A DNA stretch of 64,000 nucleotides from Selaginella moellendorffii (taxonomy: Eukaryota > Plantae > Lycopodiophyta), in the NCBI RefSeq assembly GCF_000143415.4, contig NW_003314406.1, positions 1-64,000 on the forward strand. The letters run 5' to 3'. Made by a program: the position numbers and the translations under genes. Within the stretch, counting starts at the first letter, position 1. Each line of letters begins with the position of its first letter. Below are positions 1-12,049 of the stretch, piece after piece. Below the pieces are notes generated by a model. That model searched no databases. It was given only the letters and a program-made list of their open reading frames with translations, and was not told the origin of the DNA.

Positions 1-431
1 AATAAGTGTACAATATATTATACCTTAGTTTTCTCGTTTAATATAAATATGTAGATAAATGAAGTGAATTCACTAAATTTTAATGTTTATAAATAAATTT
101 ATTTAGAACATAAAATTACTCATAAAATTTCTTCAAGCTGGAGTTTGTAGTGGAGCTGGAGTTTGTTAATTCTTGAAGTGTTATTACAATTATTTAGTAA
201 ATCTGACCAATACATTAGTGACACTTTTTAATATAATGAAATTTCTAGAAATTATTTTGATACACAATTGTATACTCATGTTGATTAGATGTCATTACTT
301 TTAATTTTACCTGGATATTTAATTTTGCTATTTCTTTTTCCTTTAACTCTTCATCTTTGAAGTGCCAAAAGTTTTTCTGAAAACCTTATTATTATATATA
401 ACTCTTCCAGAGAGTAATTGCAAAAGGTGTA

Positions 432-551
432 TTTTATATATATACATATATATATTTTATATATATATATACATATATATATATATACACATATATATAC
501 ATATACACACATATACACACATATACACATATACACACATACACACATACA

Positions 552-587
<36 letters not shown>

Positions 588-1090
588 TATACATACATAT
601 ATACATATATACATATATACATATATATACACATATACATATATACATACACATATATATATATATATACATACACATATATATATATACATATACATAT
701 ATATATACATACATATATATATATACATACATATATATATATATACATATACATATATATATATATATACATACATATATACATATACATACATATATAT
801 ATATATACATATACATATATATATATATATACATACATATATACATATACATACATATATATATATATACATATACATACATATATACATATATACATAT
901 ACATACATATATACATATATACATATATATACATATATATATATATACATATACATATATATACATATATACATATATACATATATATATATACATATAT
1001 ATATACATATATATATACATACATATATACATATATATATACATATATATATATATATAAAAATACATATATATAAATATATATATATAA
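432..1090. repeat. Compound (TA)n/(CATATA)n/(CATA)n microsatellite
   Basis: ~660 bp made almost entirely of TA, CATA and CATATA units. It produces the spurious Y/I/H/T ORFs at 351-1167. Confidence 0.97.
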
Positions 1091-2412
1091 AATGTTATCA
1101 TTTTGTTTTATTATTATCATGGTATAATAAAATAGTGCTTATTATTGACATTATTACCATTTTCTGAACACTATAATGGTGAATGATATAATGGATTTTC
1201 TTTGCTTACCAGAAGAAGTAAATCTGTATTGTCATAGAAGTGTTAAGATGTCATTATGTGTGACAAAATTCCATTTTTTATTACTGCTCTAATCCCAATT
1301 TCCAATGCATGCCATTAATATTACCGCATTAGTAATAGAACTATTCAGTATCTAGATTATCAATAATTAAAAAGCTGTATTATTTGAATTTATCTGGATT
1401 ATTGTGATATTTTTTAATATCATCATTTAAATTAATCATTGGAGGACCCTAGCATAAATTCTAACTTTTTTTTAAAACCTATCTGCTATTTGTAAGACAT
1501 GTTGTTTCTCCTTTTTCTCAACCTATTTTTAATTTTTATCGTGCTCATTGAATAGCCCACCACTTGATAAGACTTAACACCCAAGGAACTTCATGTGCTT
1601 GGATATACCAGCAAGGACTCCTTAGCTTATGGAACTGCAGAAGGTAGCTCAAGTTTTTCTTTCATATCCAAGAAGAAGCTAACAAAGCTTTTTCTTGTAG
1701 TTTCTTAAGTCTTCAAGAGTAGTGTTTTCTAAAAAAATAATGATATTTTTGAGATATTCATAAGAATTGCATGTTTGGAATATCTACATCACCAAAGATT
1801 TCTCTAAATAGCAGAAAACAAATTACTTTCCAATATAAATACTACTATGTTTTTCATAAGATTAGCAACCTTCCTTATTCTTTCTTGCTTCAAATGCCAA
1901 ATCCATTATATGTTTTTTTCTCTAAAATCCTTCTTTAGGCCAACTATCAACTTCTTATTTTTCTACTTACTACAAGGTCTCATCTTTTCTCATTTGCAAT
2001 AATGTGTTAGCTTGGACTATTGAAATAGGAGATTGTGATCTTAGGATACCATCATTTGCACGAATTTACGATGTTAGTTTTTGTAGCAGTGGATTGTAAC
2101 ACATTTGTTAAGGACCCTTTGATAATAAGATTGAAATGGTGACCTTTGTGGCCTGAACTCATGTTTCTATGCTCCCTGCCACCACAAGCCATTCTAAGGA
2201 AGCTCCTGAATCTAGTGTCAGGCAATGCAACTGATGTTAGATCTCTTCCTCTTGCAAGGATATGTGTCTGTCTGGGTATTCGCAAAGGTGCTGAATCCAA
2301 TTCTATTCTTCTTCCACATTTTGTCTTGGGTGATTCATTATTTGCTTTCATTGTTTGAGAGTGAAGTGGCAAGAGACTGACTTTTTTTATGAAATCTCTA
2401 CTTGTGTCATTC

Positions 2413-4368
2413 TGACTTTGTAAGCATTGTTTTGTAGTCAAGCAAAGCCACAAAGGCTACAACAGGCAGTACAATGTACTCCTATTTAACTATTTATTAG
2501 AACAAGAAAATATCATACTACACCTTACTATTTCTCATTCCCTAGACATTCCTCAGATGCTGCTCATAGAATTCCAGAAGCTGTAACTTGACTCCATAAA
2601 ACATGAAAGAAGCAGTGAAAAAGTACCTTTCATAGGTTAAAGGTTTTTTCTCGTTATTGAAAGATATCCAGAGGAGGTTAACACTTCAGAGCCTCACAAG
2701 CGCCTCATAGATTGCCCTTAAAGAGATGGTGTTCAGTTCTATGGTTCTTTAAGAATACCTACCAGTTTGTCTCTATCTTGAACATGTCGTCATTAGGTCC
2801 ATTGGAGAAAAGGGTAACCATAAATGTAGAGTTTTTATAAATAGTGTTTCCTTCGAAATACAGAAGCGACAGAGATGAATTAGAACAGTGGAGGCATGAG
2901 AATACATAGCTTATCATCTTGTATGAGGTACAATTCAGTAGAATACTGTTTTCTTTTTTAATTACAGAAGTTTTGAAACTCTTACAGAATAGTCTGGATG
3001 TGGCCTAAAGAAGAAATTTTGTATGAAGGAAAGTTTGTATGAAATTGGAAATGTCTATCTTCACTTTCTCAAGCACATCATGGATTTTTCTTTAGGAAAT
3101 CATCAGCCACATGATGACATGAGCCGTTGAGTCATGACCAGCATTCATGTACATGTTGAGCATGTCTATGATATGAGCATCTTCCACCTCTTTTTTGTCA
3201 TCTGGCTGATCCATGAGCAACGAAAGAATGCTTGTTTCCTGCGGCTTTCCAGAAGCGTTGGTTGATCACGTCCTGGATAAGCTTGATGAGCTTTTGCCTC
3301 GGCCTGAAAATGAGAAAACGTCACAAAGCTATGTACAACGCATATGGCTTTGTTGTAGGCAGTGCCGAGGAAGTTGATGGGGAGAGCTTGAATGCCTTGG
3401 TTGACAATGTAGTAGAAGGAGAAAGTCTCTTCCATGTCGAGACTGGAGTCTTTCCCATATAAAATGTAGAGGACAGTTAGAAACGTGAACTGTCATATCA
3501 GAAAAAACCAGTGTCAACAAGAAAACTAAGACAATTGCTTACTGGTAAGAAGAACGATCTTATCCTGCGTAGACCACCTCACAAGGGACGCTTTTATGTT
3601 GTTGACGATGAGGGGCACATACTGCTTGAGAGCTTTGGGATTGTTCACAGCGGGCTTGGAGCTTCAAGTGGCTCTTTCCAGTTAACCCTGCAAACAAATT
3701 TCGTCCAATGAGCACAACAGTGCTCTCCGGCCATCCTGTCTCAAAGCTGTCTTTACAAATTTGCATGCTGCCAGAACAGAAACGCCTTGTAAAACCCACT
3801 CGATTATACCTGAAACCAAGAAAAAGCGACAGTTAAACAAGCGAAAGAAAGTACAAGATCACTCAACTTTGCAAAGTAGTCGGTCTTCCAGACTTGAAGC
3901 CTCTGAGAAAAGCAGCCACGTTGCCAAAGATCCCGGAGGCTGTCCCGGCTTGAGCACCGTCTCATGATACCACTTTTTGAGAAAACTCGAGAATGTCAGG
4001 AAGGCAGTGACTGCCACACTGCTGTGGATTCCCAGTGAACAGCCTGGGATTTACTCAGCTGGCTATCTGGACAACTTGGAGGAAAAAGAAACCTTAAAAT
4101 GGTATGGCATTGGCGCTCAGATATGGCATCTGATCGATTGAGCGGCCAGTCACGTTCATATCAGTGGCTGCAGTGACGATAACTTGAGAGCGCCAGTGCA
4201 CAAAGCTGCTGCATTGCCAGTGCGCTCCTCGCTGGGAAATTTCGAGCAAACACTGGATATTTCAATAGGCTCCAAAACTGTAAAACAGCTATACAACACA
4301 AAATTTAGGATTTTATCCCACCCAGATCACTGCAAGAATACTGCAACCATAAACTCTCTGCCTTTCAG
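2413..4368. repeat. Duplicated cargo block, homologous to 24897-26660
   Basis: Both copies begin tgac(t/c)ttgtaagcattg..gtagtcaagcaaagccacaaagg and end caaccataaa(c/t)tctctgcctttca, and are colinear through the P450 fragment. Confidence 0.9.
3200..4090 (-). pseudogene. Captured cytochrome P450 fragment, CYP88/ent-kaurenoic acid oxidase-like (copy 1)
   Basis: Peptides VLKPGQPP, FETGWPESTVVLIGRNLFAGL and VNQGIQALPINFLGTAYNKA match the N-terminal half of CYP88. Introns are retained, there are frameshifts, and no heme motif is present. Confidence 0.75.
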
Positions 4369-6019
4369 TTCTGTAACGATAGAAAATCTACAACAGAACA
4401 ACATGGCATTAGTGTTATAAAAAAAATATCTAAAGCGAGGGACAATGTAATCAAATTCTAAGGTTTTGCTTCTTGATCCAGCAAGCATCTGATGATGTGG
4501 GCGACATTTTGTCTAGCATCCGGCTGCACAGCTTACGCTTGCCAGGCTTGTGAGGGATTAGCGAGCAGCATCTCTTGCCGATTGGCAAGAATCGGGTATT
4601 GCAGCCTCTTTGCACTCTCCTTGCTGCTCGCATGGATGCTGCATGACCTCACGTGAGAAAATCCCGTGTAAGTTCTTGTGATTTGCAACAACACCTACTT
4701 TTTTTTCGCATGGACCAGGGATTAATCACTTCCCTTACTCGCCTGNNNNNNNNNNNNNNNNNNNNNNNNNNNNNNNNNNNNNNNNNNNNNNNNNNNNNNN
4801 NNNNNNNNNNNNNNNNNNNNNNNNNNNNNNNNNNNNNNNNNNNNNCACACAAGCTGTTCTACACATGAGAGCTTTGGGAAGTACCAAAGCAATCACAGGG
4901 ACTCTTGGCATCGTGGCAACTGAATGATCAAGCTCTTATCGTCTGGTCTGGTCTCACTGTGCTTTGCCTCATCCTTCTTCTCAATGACATTGTGGATGCT
5001 GACAGTAAATCTAGTGCTTTTCTCTTGGATTTATAACCATAGTTTCTTTGTTCTTCTGGCAGGAAGACTCTCGACATACAACTGGAATGCTGCATGGATT
5101 GCCAAAGAGAGTCAGTTCTGGTAATGTTCTTCCTCGTTTCTTTACCTTTTATACATAGAACAAGATGCACACTTCACAGGTATAATGCCTTGCTTGCTGT
5201 GTCCTTAGTGTGCTACATCACGACTTTTGTTTTCTTGGGATATCTGTGTAAGTGGTTCAATCCTGCTTATCAAGATTGCAAGCTCAATCTCTTCAAGAGC
5301 TCGCTATCTCTTAGCATCTCTTTTTCTGCTATCTTCTTTAACCCATTGCTAATCCATTCTAAAATTGTTCATTTTTAATTCTATAATACAGGGAACAACT
5401 CGAAACTGTTGAGAAACACCTTCAGTGCTTGAGATTTTTGTGTGGCAACTCGCTCACTCTGGCAGACATCCAGCTGTTCACGACGTTGTACAGGTTTGTT
5501 GCTGTCTACCACATTCTTTTCAAGTGCTTCAAGCAAAAGTTGTTGTAGTTTTCGAATCTTTATGGCTACATGTGATAGATATACCAGCTTCCTACACATC
5601 TGTTCAAGTTGTGATTGCTAGTACTATGGTGCCTTGTTCCCTCTCAACCCAGGAGGGATCCAGCCAGCCATCCCTCTAGTATGGAACCAAAAGTTTTGTA
5701 CAACCAATAATGCTTAGAAAGAAAGTTGATATGAACTTTCAGAAAAATTTCTCTAACTATGTAACAAGTCTATTTGAAGCTCTTATCTTGAAAAGAAAAT
5801 TTAGTTTCTTCTAAAATATTTTTTTAATTTTTTATTGTTTATGTAATATCTTTATTTTGAATTACATTTTCTTTTGTCCTTTAGCTCAATTTATAATTTT
5901 TTTTACAAGAAACATCAACAAAATTAAAAGCTTACAGTCATGCATACTCTATTAAATGTAGTGTTCCCTTTTTGTTCTGCCAAATAGTGCATAGAAGCTA
6001 ATAACATGCACAATCTGTA

Positions 6020-7335
6020 ATTTCTAAACAAACTTTTATTTATAAATCTCCTCATTCCACTCACAGCATTCCGTGTTGAAGAGAGCATCAAGACTGCTTG
6101 CTCCTCGGGTATTAACGCAGGCATCGACTTAGTATTCTAACAAAATCCCACAGTCAAGAGTTCTCCAAACTTTCAAAACACCACAACACTTACAAAGAAT
6201 GGAATTTCATTTGTGTCGCCATCATGAACACTATTAGAAATTCACAATAAAACCTGCAGAAAAACTCTTTGGTATAACAAAGAAAAGAGAAAAAAGTCTA
6301 AATGAAACCAACCAACCAACCTCCGAGATTTCATTTGCATCACTGTATGGAGCAATAAGCATCGATGCTAAATCTGGCTCCTCATAATTCAAACCCCACC
6401 AGGTATTGATTCTCTTCACCACCGGCTTTTGATGTTGGATCTCTTCTAAAACGTATCATCAAAATTCTTGCCACGTCTTGCACTTGGTACTGCCTCGGCC
6501 TGCAAGTCTCATGGACGGGTTCAGAAGGGAGGCAGTAATAGCAAAATTTCTGCACAAAAACAAGGATTAATTAACCAGTGAGCTATATAAGTATCCACCT
6601 TTTGCATTTCGCCGTCAAGCCATGATAGGCTCAAATGCTTGTCTTTGTATGCAGTGGCAGCAGCAAAATTTTGGCTATCAATGTCCTCACTTACACGAGC
6701 TCATCTTGCACAATTCTCATCGTCTAAAATGAGAAACTCGTCAGCTAGAAACAACAAGAAAGAAAATCTTACACTGCAGAGTTGATCAAGCTGAAAACCA
6801 GGCCTTCCAGCAACCACAATGCAGTACCATGTTTCTACATCTTTTCCAGCTGCAGAGAAGTCCGCGGGATCACATTCAAGTTTGGAAGCCGTGATGCTTT
6901 GCAGCTGAGGAAGAAATAAAAGCACGCACATCAAATTGCAATTCAAAAGATAGCAAAAGGAGGAAGAGCCTACATAGTACTTACCATGAACTTTATGTTC
7001 TTCCACAGTTTCCATGAAGGAGTCACGCAATTTACCTGCAATTTACCCGCAAAGTGAAAGAAATCATCTCAAAGCTGCCGAAAAGAAGATTTTTACCATA
7101 AACAGTTATGGGCTGGACACCTGGATCTTTGATGAAAACTACTGCCGGTGCCAACTCTAATCCAAACCTGCTCCACACGCAAAAGCATGAATCAATTCAC
7201 GTGATTATCACTAAAACTACCGGCTTTTCAAAATCGAAGCTTCCTCTTGCCTCCACAAAACACATCCAAAAGACATCAACTCGGAGTCCTTCTTGGCCGC
7301 TTCTCTTCTGAATGGAAATGCACGCTCTTCTGTGT
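6020..7335 (-). pseudogene. Captured fragment of a DnaJ/thioredoxin-like (DNAJC16-type) ER protein, C-terminal part
   Basis: Exons read RFGLELAPAVVFIKDPGVQP, LPQLQSITASKLECD..ETWYCIVVAGR and HLSLSWLDGEMQK/FCYYCLP, as in plant DNAJC16-like proteins. Contains stops. Confidence 0.65.
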
Positions 7336-9087
7336 CAGAAAAAAGAATAAATTTCACCTAAAAAGAAGTGCAAAAGAGAGAGATTTTGATTAGCATCATA
7401 AAAAAAAATTTATGCTACTATACCAGCACCTTATGCGGTCCAGGAATTTTAATGAACTCGGATCTGTGTGACTTTAGTCAGTGCTTGTTTTAGATTTTAG
7501 TGAAAATTGTGGCTACCTAGTTCTGAGAAGAATAATAACGAATGCGAGGAAGATCAAGAAGCAGCGTTGCTGTCCCAGTCCAGTATAGAATCGTAGCTGA
7601 GGCCTTTGGAGTACCTACAGTGTTCGTCAGGAAAAGCGGAACAAGGCTTCATGAATTTACCAAATCAGGCATTTTAATTCCCTACACCCCAGCGGCTTGG
7701 CAACAAGAGATGGAATTCCTGAAGGAAAAAATGAAAGAAAATAGGAGGTTTACGTGTTTACCATGGCATCTGATCCACCTCTTTCCTCCCAAGAGCTTTG
7801 TGAGTTGAACTTCTCCTAGCTCGACTCTCAAAAGATTAACTTGGCCTTCGAGAACTTCCACTGGAATCACGAACAGCATGGTTGGAAAAAACACAAACAC
7901 GCAAAGCATTACCCAGTCTTCCCCATACTGGTGAGATCCCAAACTTGCCCAGTTTTTTTATTTTTCTGTTCATCTGCCACCTCTCATCTTTTACTGGATT
8001 TGATTGAAGCTGCCAAACCATACCAGCGCTGTCAATTTCGCCTTCATCGCTGTCATTTCCCTTTCATCAGTGTCACTGTCGACCTCATCCAAAAATGACA
8101 GACAGGAAGGGCCTTTTGCTCATCTCTTTTTCTTCTTCTGGAGCTGACGTTCCTCTTCCCTGCAACACAGATGGATTCAGACACATGGCCACAGAGATGG
8201 GATGTGGGCTTGCTTTTTCTACAGCTTCTCTTTCTCATCCTCCTCTATCTTGGTGTGCAAGTTGTCACTCTGCAGCAGCACAGAAATGAAACAAAGTGAT
8301 GAAACAGGTCAGCTACCTTTTCCACTAACTACTCCCTGGAAGTCCAACAGTCTCTTGCACTCTCCAGAATCTGTGGCAGTGAGCTCTGGTAATGAGGAAC
8401 AGAGAGCGCACCTCCACCCAGGCAGACATGTGCATCAATCGGATCCTGTTTGGAGAGCTTCCAAGGATGTTGCTTCCCAGCCTGAGCTCTTGCCTCTCCA
8501 CCTATTCCAACCAGAACCTCGACTACATCTCCTAGAGCTACACAAAGCAAGCTGTACAGGCATATCCAAAGATGGTAGTCATTTTTTTTTTCTAAAACAA
8601 AACTCACTGGATTTTGTTGTGATGCCATTGATCAGCTTCACTGGACTGGAAAAATGCTGCAAGGCACCCTGGATTCGCTTGAATGTTAGAGTACCTAGAG
8701 AAGCAGTAAATTTGTTTTTTCTTCTGAGCAATACCTGTATCGTCCAGAAATTCTGAAACAAAAATCACCTCTGATGTCACCTTCTTCTTGAGGTCTTGGA
8801 TGTACAGTATATGGGACGGGAAAGTTCTACTTCTCATCCGATGCGCTCCTTCTCCCACAATAAAATTTTAGCATCCAATATGCTCCAGATACGGACAGCC
8901 ATATTAACCGTTTCTTAAACCTAAAACCAAGCTCTTTGCCACCATGTAACAATCCGCACCATTGCTTTGGAGTGTCACAAATCTGGATCGTTGAATTGAG
9001 AGCATCTGCCATAAGTAAAAATGGATATTCGAAAAATGGAATATGTGACGCCGATGCCAAAATAGCAACTTTAAATAAAGAGTTTGA

Positions 9088-9113
9088 CTAGCAGAGACCC
9101 CAGCTCCGCTGGG
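9088..9113 (-). terminator. Helitron 3' terminal hairpin + CTAG
   Basis: ctagcagagacccc agctccgctggg: a GC-rich stem-loop about 7 nt from a terminal CTAG, the canonical Helitron 3' end. Confidence 0.9.
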
Positions 9114-11139
9114 AGATATAGCATACCCAAGATAAATAGGTCTTCTTTTCTAATTTTATTGTATACAAAGTTAAATTTATCAGATGCATTATAATTTATT
9201 ATCAGGTAAATGATAAATCAGAAATCATAGATGAATTCTCAATAAAAAATTTAGTTATAATTCTATTGTTGTGAATATTCAAGTGACAATAGAAATGATG
9301 ACTAACATATATTATTCCCCCTTTCAATTATATTCTGAGACTCTCGCTCGAGAAGCTCTCATATTCAAAGCTTGATTTTAGATCTTGATATAGTTTATCT
9401 CTGGGAGGTATAGCATACCCAAGATAGATAAATCTTGTTTTTCTAGTTTTACAGTTTTAGAAATTTTTCTTGTATATAAAGTTAGATTTATCTAAAATTT
9501 TCTACTATTCATCTCAAGGGAAATGCACAATAATTCAAAAAGATAATAATGCAAGTGTTGGGGAAGATAAGATCATTTTTTATCATCATCATCTTTCTAT
9601 ATTTAAAAGAGCAAGGGCGACATACCATTAGATTACTGATAAAAACTAAATTATTATACAGAAGAAGAAGCTAGAAATATTAAGTTCTCTATTTTAAGTT
9701 AGAATATATCATATTGTTATATACACTATTTTCTTCATATTATACTTTAAAATATTTTTATAATTTCTGAATTCTATGTTTTCAACAAATTACATATAAT
9801 AAATTCTCTATAAGTACATAGTATTTTATTTTATTTTTATAGTATTTTTATATTTGTATTTGACATCCTCCCCATTCATAGTATTTATATTCATACTTTT
9901 AAGAGTAACTAATGAAAAGTTAAAATATTATATTATATATAATTATCATTATTTCTGTATATAGTTTTATATAAAGATAATGCTAATATGAATTAAGATT
10001 ATTATCTCTATGTTTCAATTATTTTTATTCAATATTATTGCATTATAACAATGTTATTGAGGAGCTGTAATAGCTGGAGCTATTCAACTCTTCTATTGAA
10101 TAGAAGAGTTGAATAGCATTGAATAGAAGTTATTTTCTATCATATTTCTATATATGATCGAAATATATCATTTTCTATAGTCACTCTATTGTACCATCTT
10201 TGTACTACAAACTTATGTTTAATTTTAATAATGTAGTATCAAATTAATCAAATACTCTTTGTTCTATAAAGGTTTCATTTTATAGAACAAAGAGTATGTT
10301 GAAATATCTACTGAGAGATATACCATACCCAAGAGAAATAGATCTTCTTTTCTAATTTTACAATGTTAGAAATTATGATTGTAAACAATGTTAAATTTAT
10401 CTTAATTTTGCTACTATTCATCTCCAGAGAAATGGACAATAATGCAATTAAATAATAATGCAAATTTTGGGGAATATAAGATCAGTTTTTAATCATCATT
10501 AAATTTGAATTTGAAATTTTTTATTACCATTTTATTAAAAAAATTATTTGAATTTGATTTTTTATTGCAAGTAGAATAGCTTTGGTAGGTGTTAGTTCTG
10601 TTTAGATCATCATGCAACGATGCTGTTTCTTATTGATAAGTATTTTTGGTTTTTTTTCTGTTTTGTATTCAAGCAAACACAGCAATAGCACAATAGAATA
10701 GAGATTCTTGTATGTGCAAGTCACTCTTGTTTTCTGTTTTACTGTTTTCTGCCTGCACGTTTCCTTTTGAATGTTTTAAGCGTTTTTAGGATTGTGATCT
10801 AGAACGACATATAGACTTTTTTGTTTTTTACCTAATACCTTTACGNNNNNNNNNNNNNNNNNNNNNNNNNNNNNNNNNNNNNNNNNNNNNNNNNNNNNNN
10901 NNNNNNNNNNNNNNNNNNNNNNNNNNNNNNNNNNNNNNNNNNNNNCATGTACTGAATCAAACCAAGCTCATGGCTTCAAAGGTGTGTCTATAAACACGTA
11001 CATACACAACAGTTGTCTTATTCCTTCAGAAATGGCTTTTTTAAAAACAGTTCATGGCTTTGTCTGTAAGAAAGTAGAGTAGTGCTGCCAATGTAGAGCT
11101 CCAATCCTTGTTCTCCACCACCTCAGCTGCCATGTACTT

Positions 11140-11325
11140 CGCTGTTGTGATATCTCCTAAAGGTGCTGATCACCACTTTCTCGCATCTCCTTTTTTAGCT
11201 TGGAAAGAATGTTGTCGAGCTTGAGATCCTGGTGACCCACGCCTCTCAAATAAATCTATTTGAAATTCTTTACCAGTTGCTTGATGATTCTGGCTGCTTT
11301 CTCCTCACCAATCTTCTTGCAAATA
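11140..11325 (-). pseudogene. Captured Ser/Thr protein kinase fragment (catalytic-loop region)
   Basis: Minus-strand peptides KKIGEEKAARIIKQL and GVGHQDLKLDNIL (degenerate HRDLKxxN). Confidence 0.6.
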
Positions 11326-11364
11326 TGCTATATTTAAAAGACCACATAATTATGGAATAACGCC

Positions 11365-11945
11365 TTAAGAAATGAAGGCAATATTTCCACCAATGAACGT
11401 AACCACTCGAGGAAAAATGCCCGTGCCCTGTCCAAAAGGAGACTCAGACAACACTACAAAGTCGGCAAACTTTCCTTGCATCAGCGACCCAACCAAATCC
11501 TCTAATGCAGCTGCATACACAGCCGAGGATGTGTACCTGTGAATCCAAAAACACGAACTGCATTTCAGTTTTCTCATCTGTTTTCTCTTACCCTGCCACT
11601 GTGTCCCATGCAGAAATCCTTTCCTTGGGAATCCAGGGATGACTCCAGCCCGAAGGTGTTCTCTCCATGGCAGTGCGGATCCCTCCAACTGGATTCACTG
11701 CTACCACCTTGAGACAAACCATTCACGTAATGCCAAAGAAAAAGTAATTGACAGGCTTACAGGCCAGTCGGATCCTAACCACGCTACCGTTTTCGAGGGA
11801 CCAGAGGTTATAAGATCCGTGTGAGCGCCTTCTCACCAAGTTTCTTCACGGCGTAGTAAGCATCATCTAGAAGTTGCTCTGGCTGTACAAAAATATATGG
11901 TTTTGCAATGGAGGCAAAATGCAGTCGATGCGCACAATGCATGGT
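11365..11945 (-). pseudogene. Captured amidohydrolase-3 (LAF3-like) C-terminal fragment
   Basis: VQPEQLLDDAYYAVKKLGEKA, GSDWPV and YTSSAVYAAALEDLVGSLMQGKFADFVVLS. Frameshifted. Confidence 0.75.
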
Positions 11946-12049
11946 TTCTTCGGATTCTCTCTGCTCGGTTTGGCCTTTACTACGGTCTTTTGGACGTCCT
12001 GTGGTTTCCTCCTGTGATGTTTTCCTTCCTGGCGTTAGAGAGTAACTGA

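Larger units (their letters stand above)
1..9087 (-). mobile_element. Non-autonomous Helitron unit H1 (type-A 5' end; 3' end not in window)
   Basis: Minus strand starts TCAAACTCTTTATTTAAAGTTGC at 9087, the same terminus as at 14320 and 43620. It carries captured gene fragments followed by an AT-rich body. The left boundary was not seen and the unit spans gap 4746-4845. Confidence 0.65.

Noticed and set aside
351-1167. Five long ORFs of 207-249 aa
   Set aside because: They are translations of a TA/CA microsatellite that lacks stop codons.
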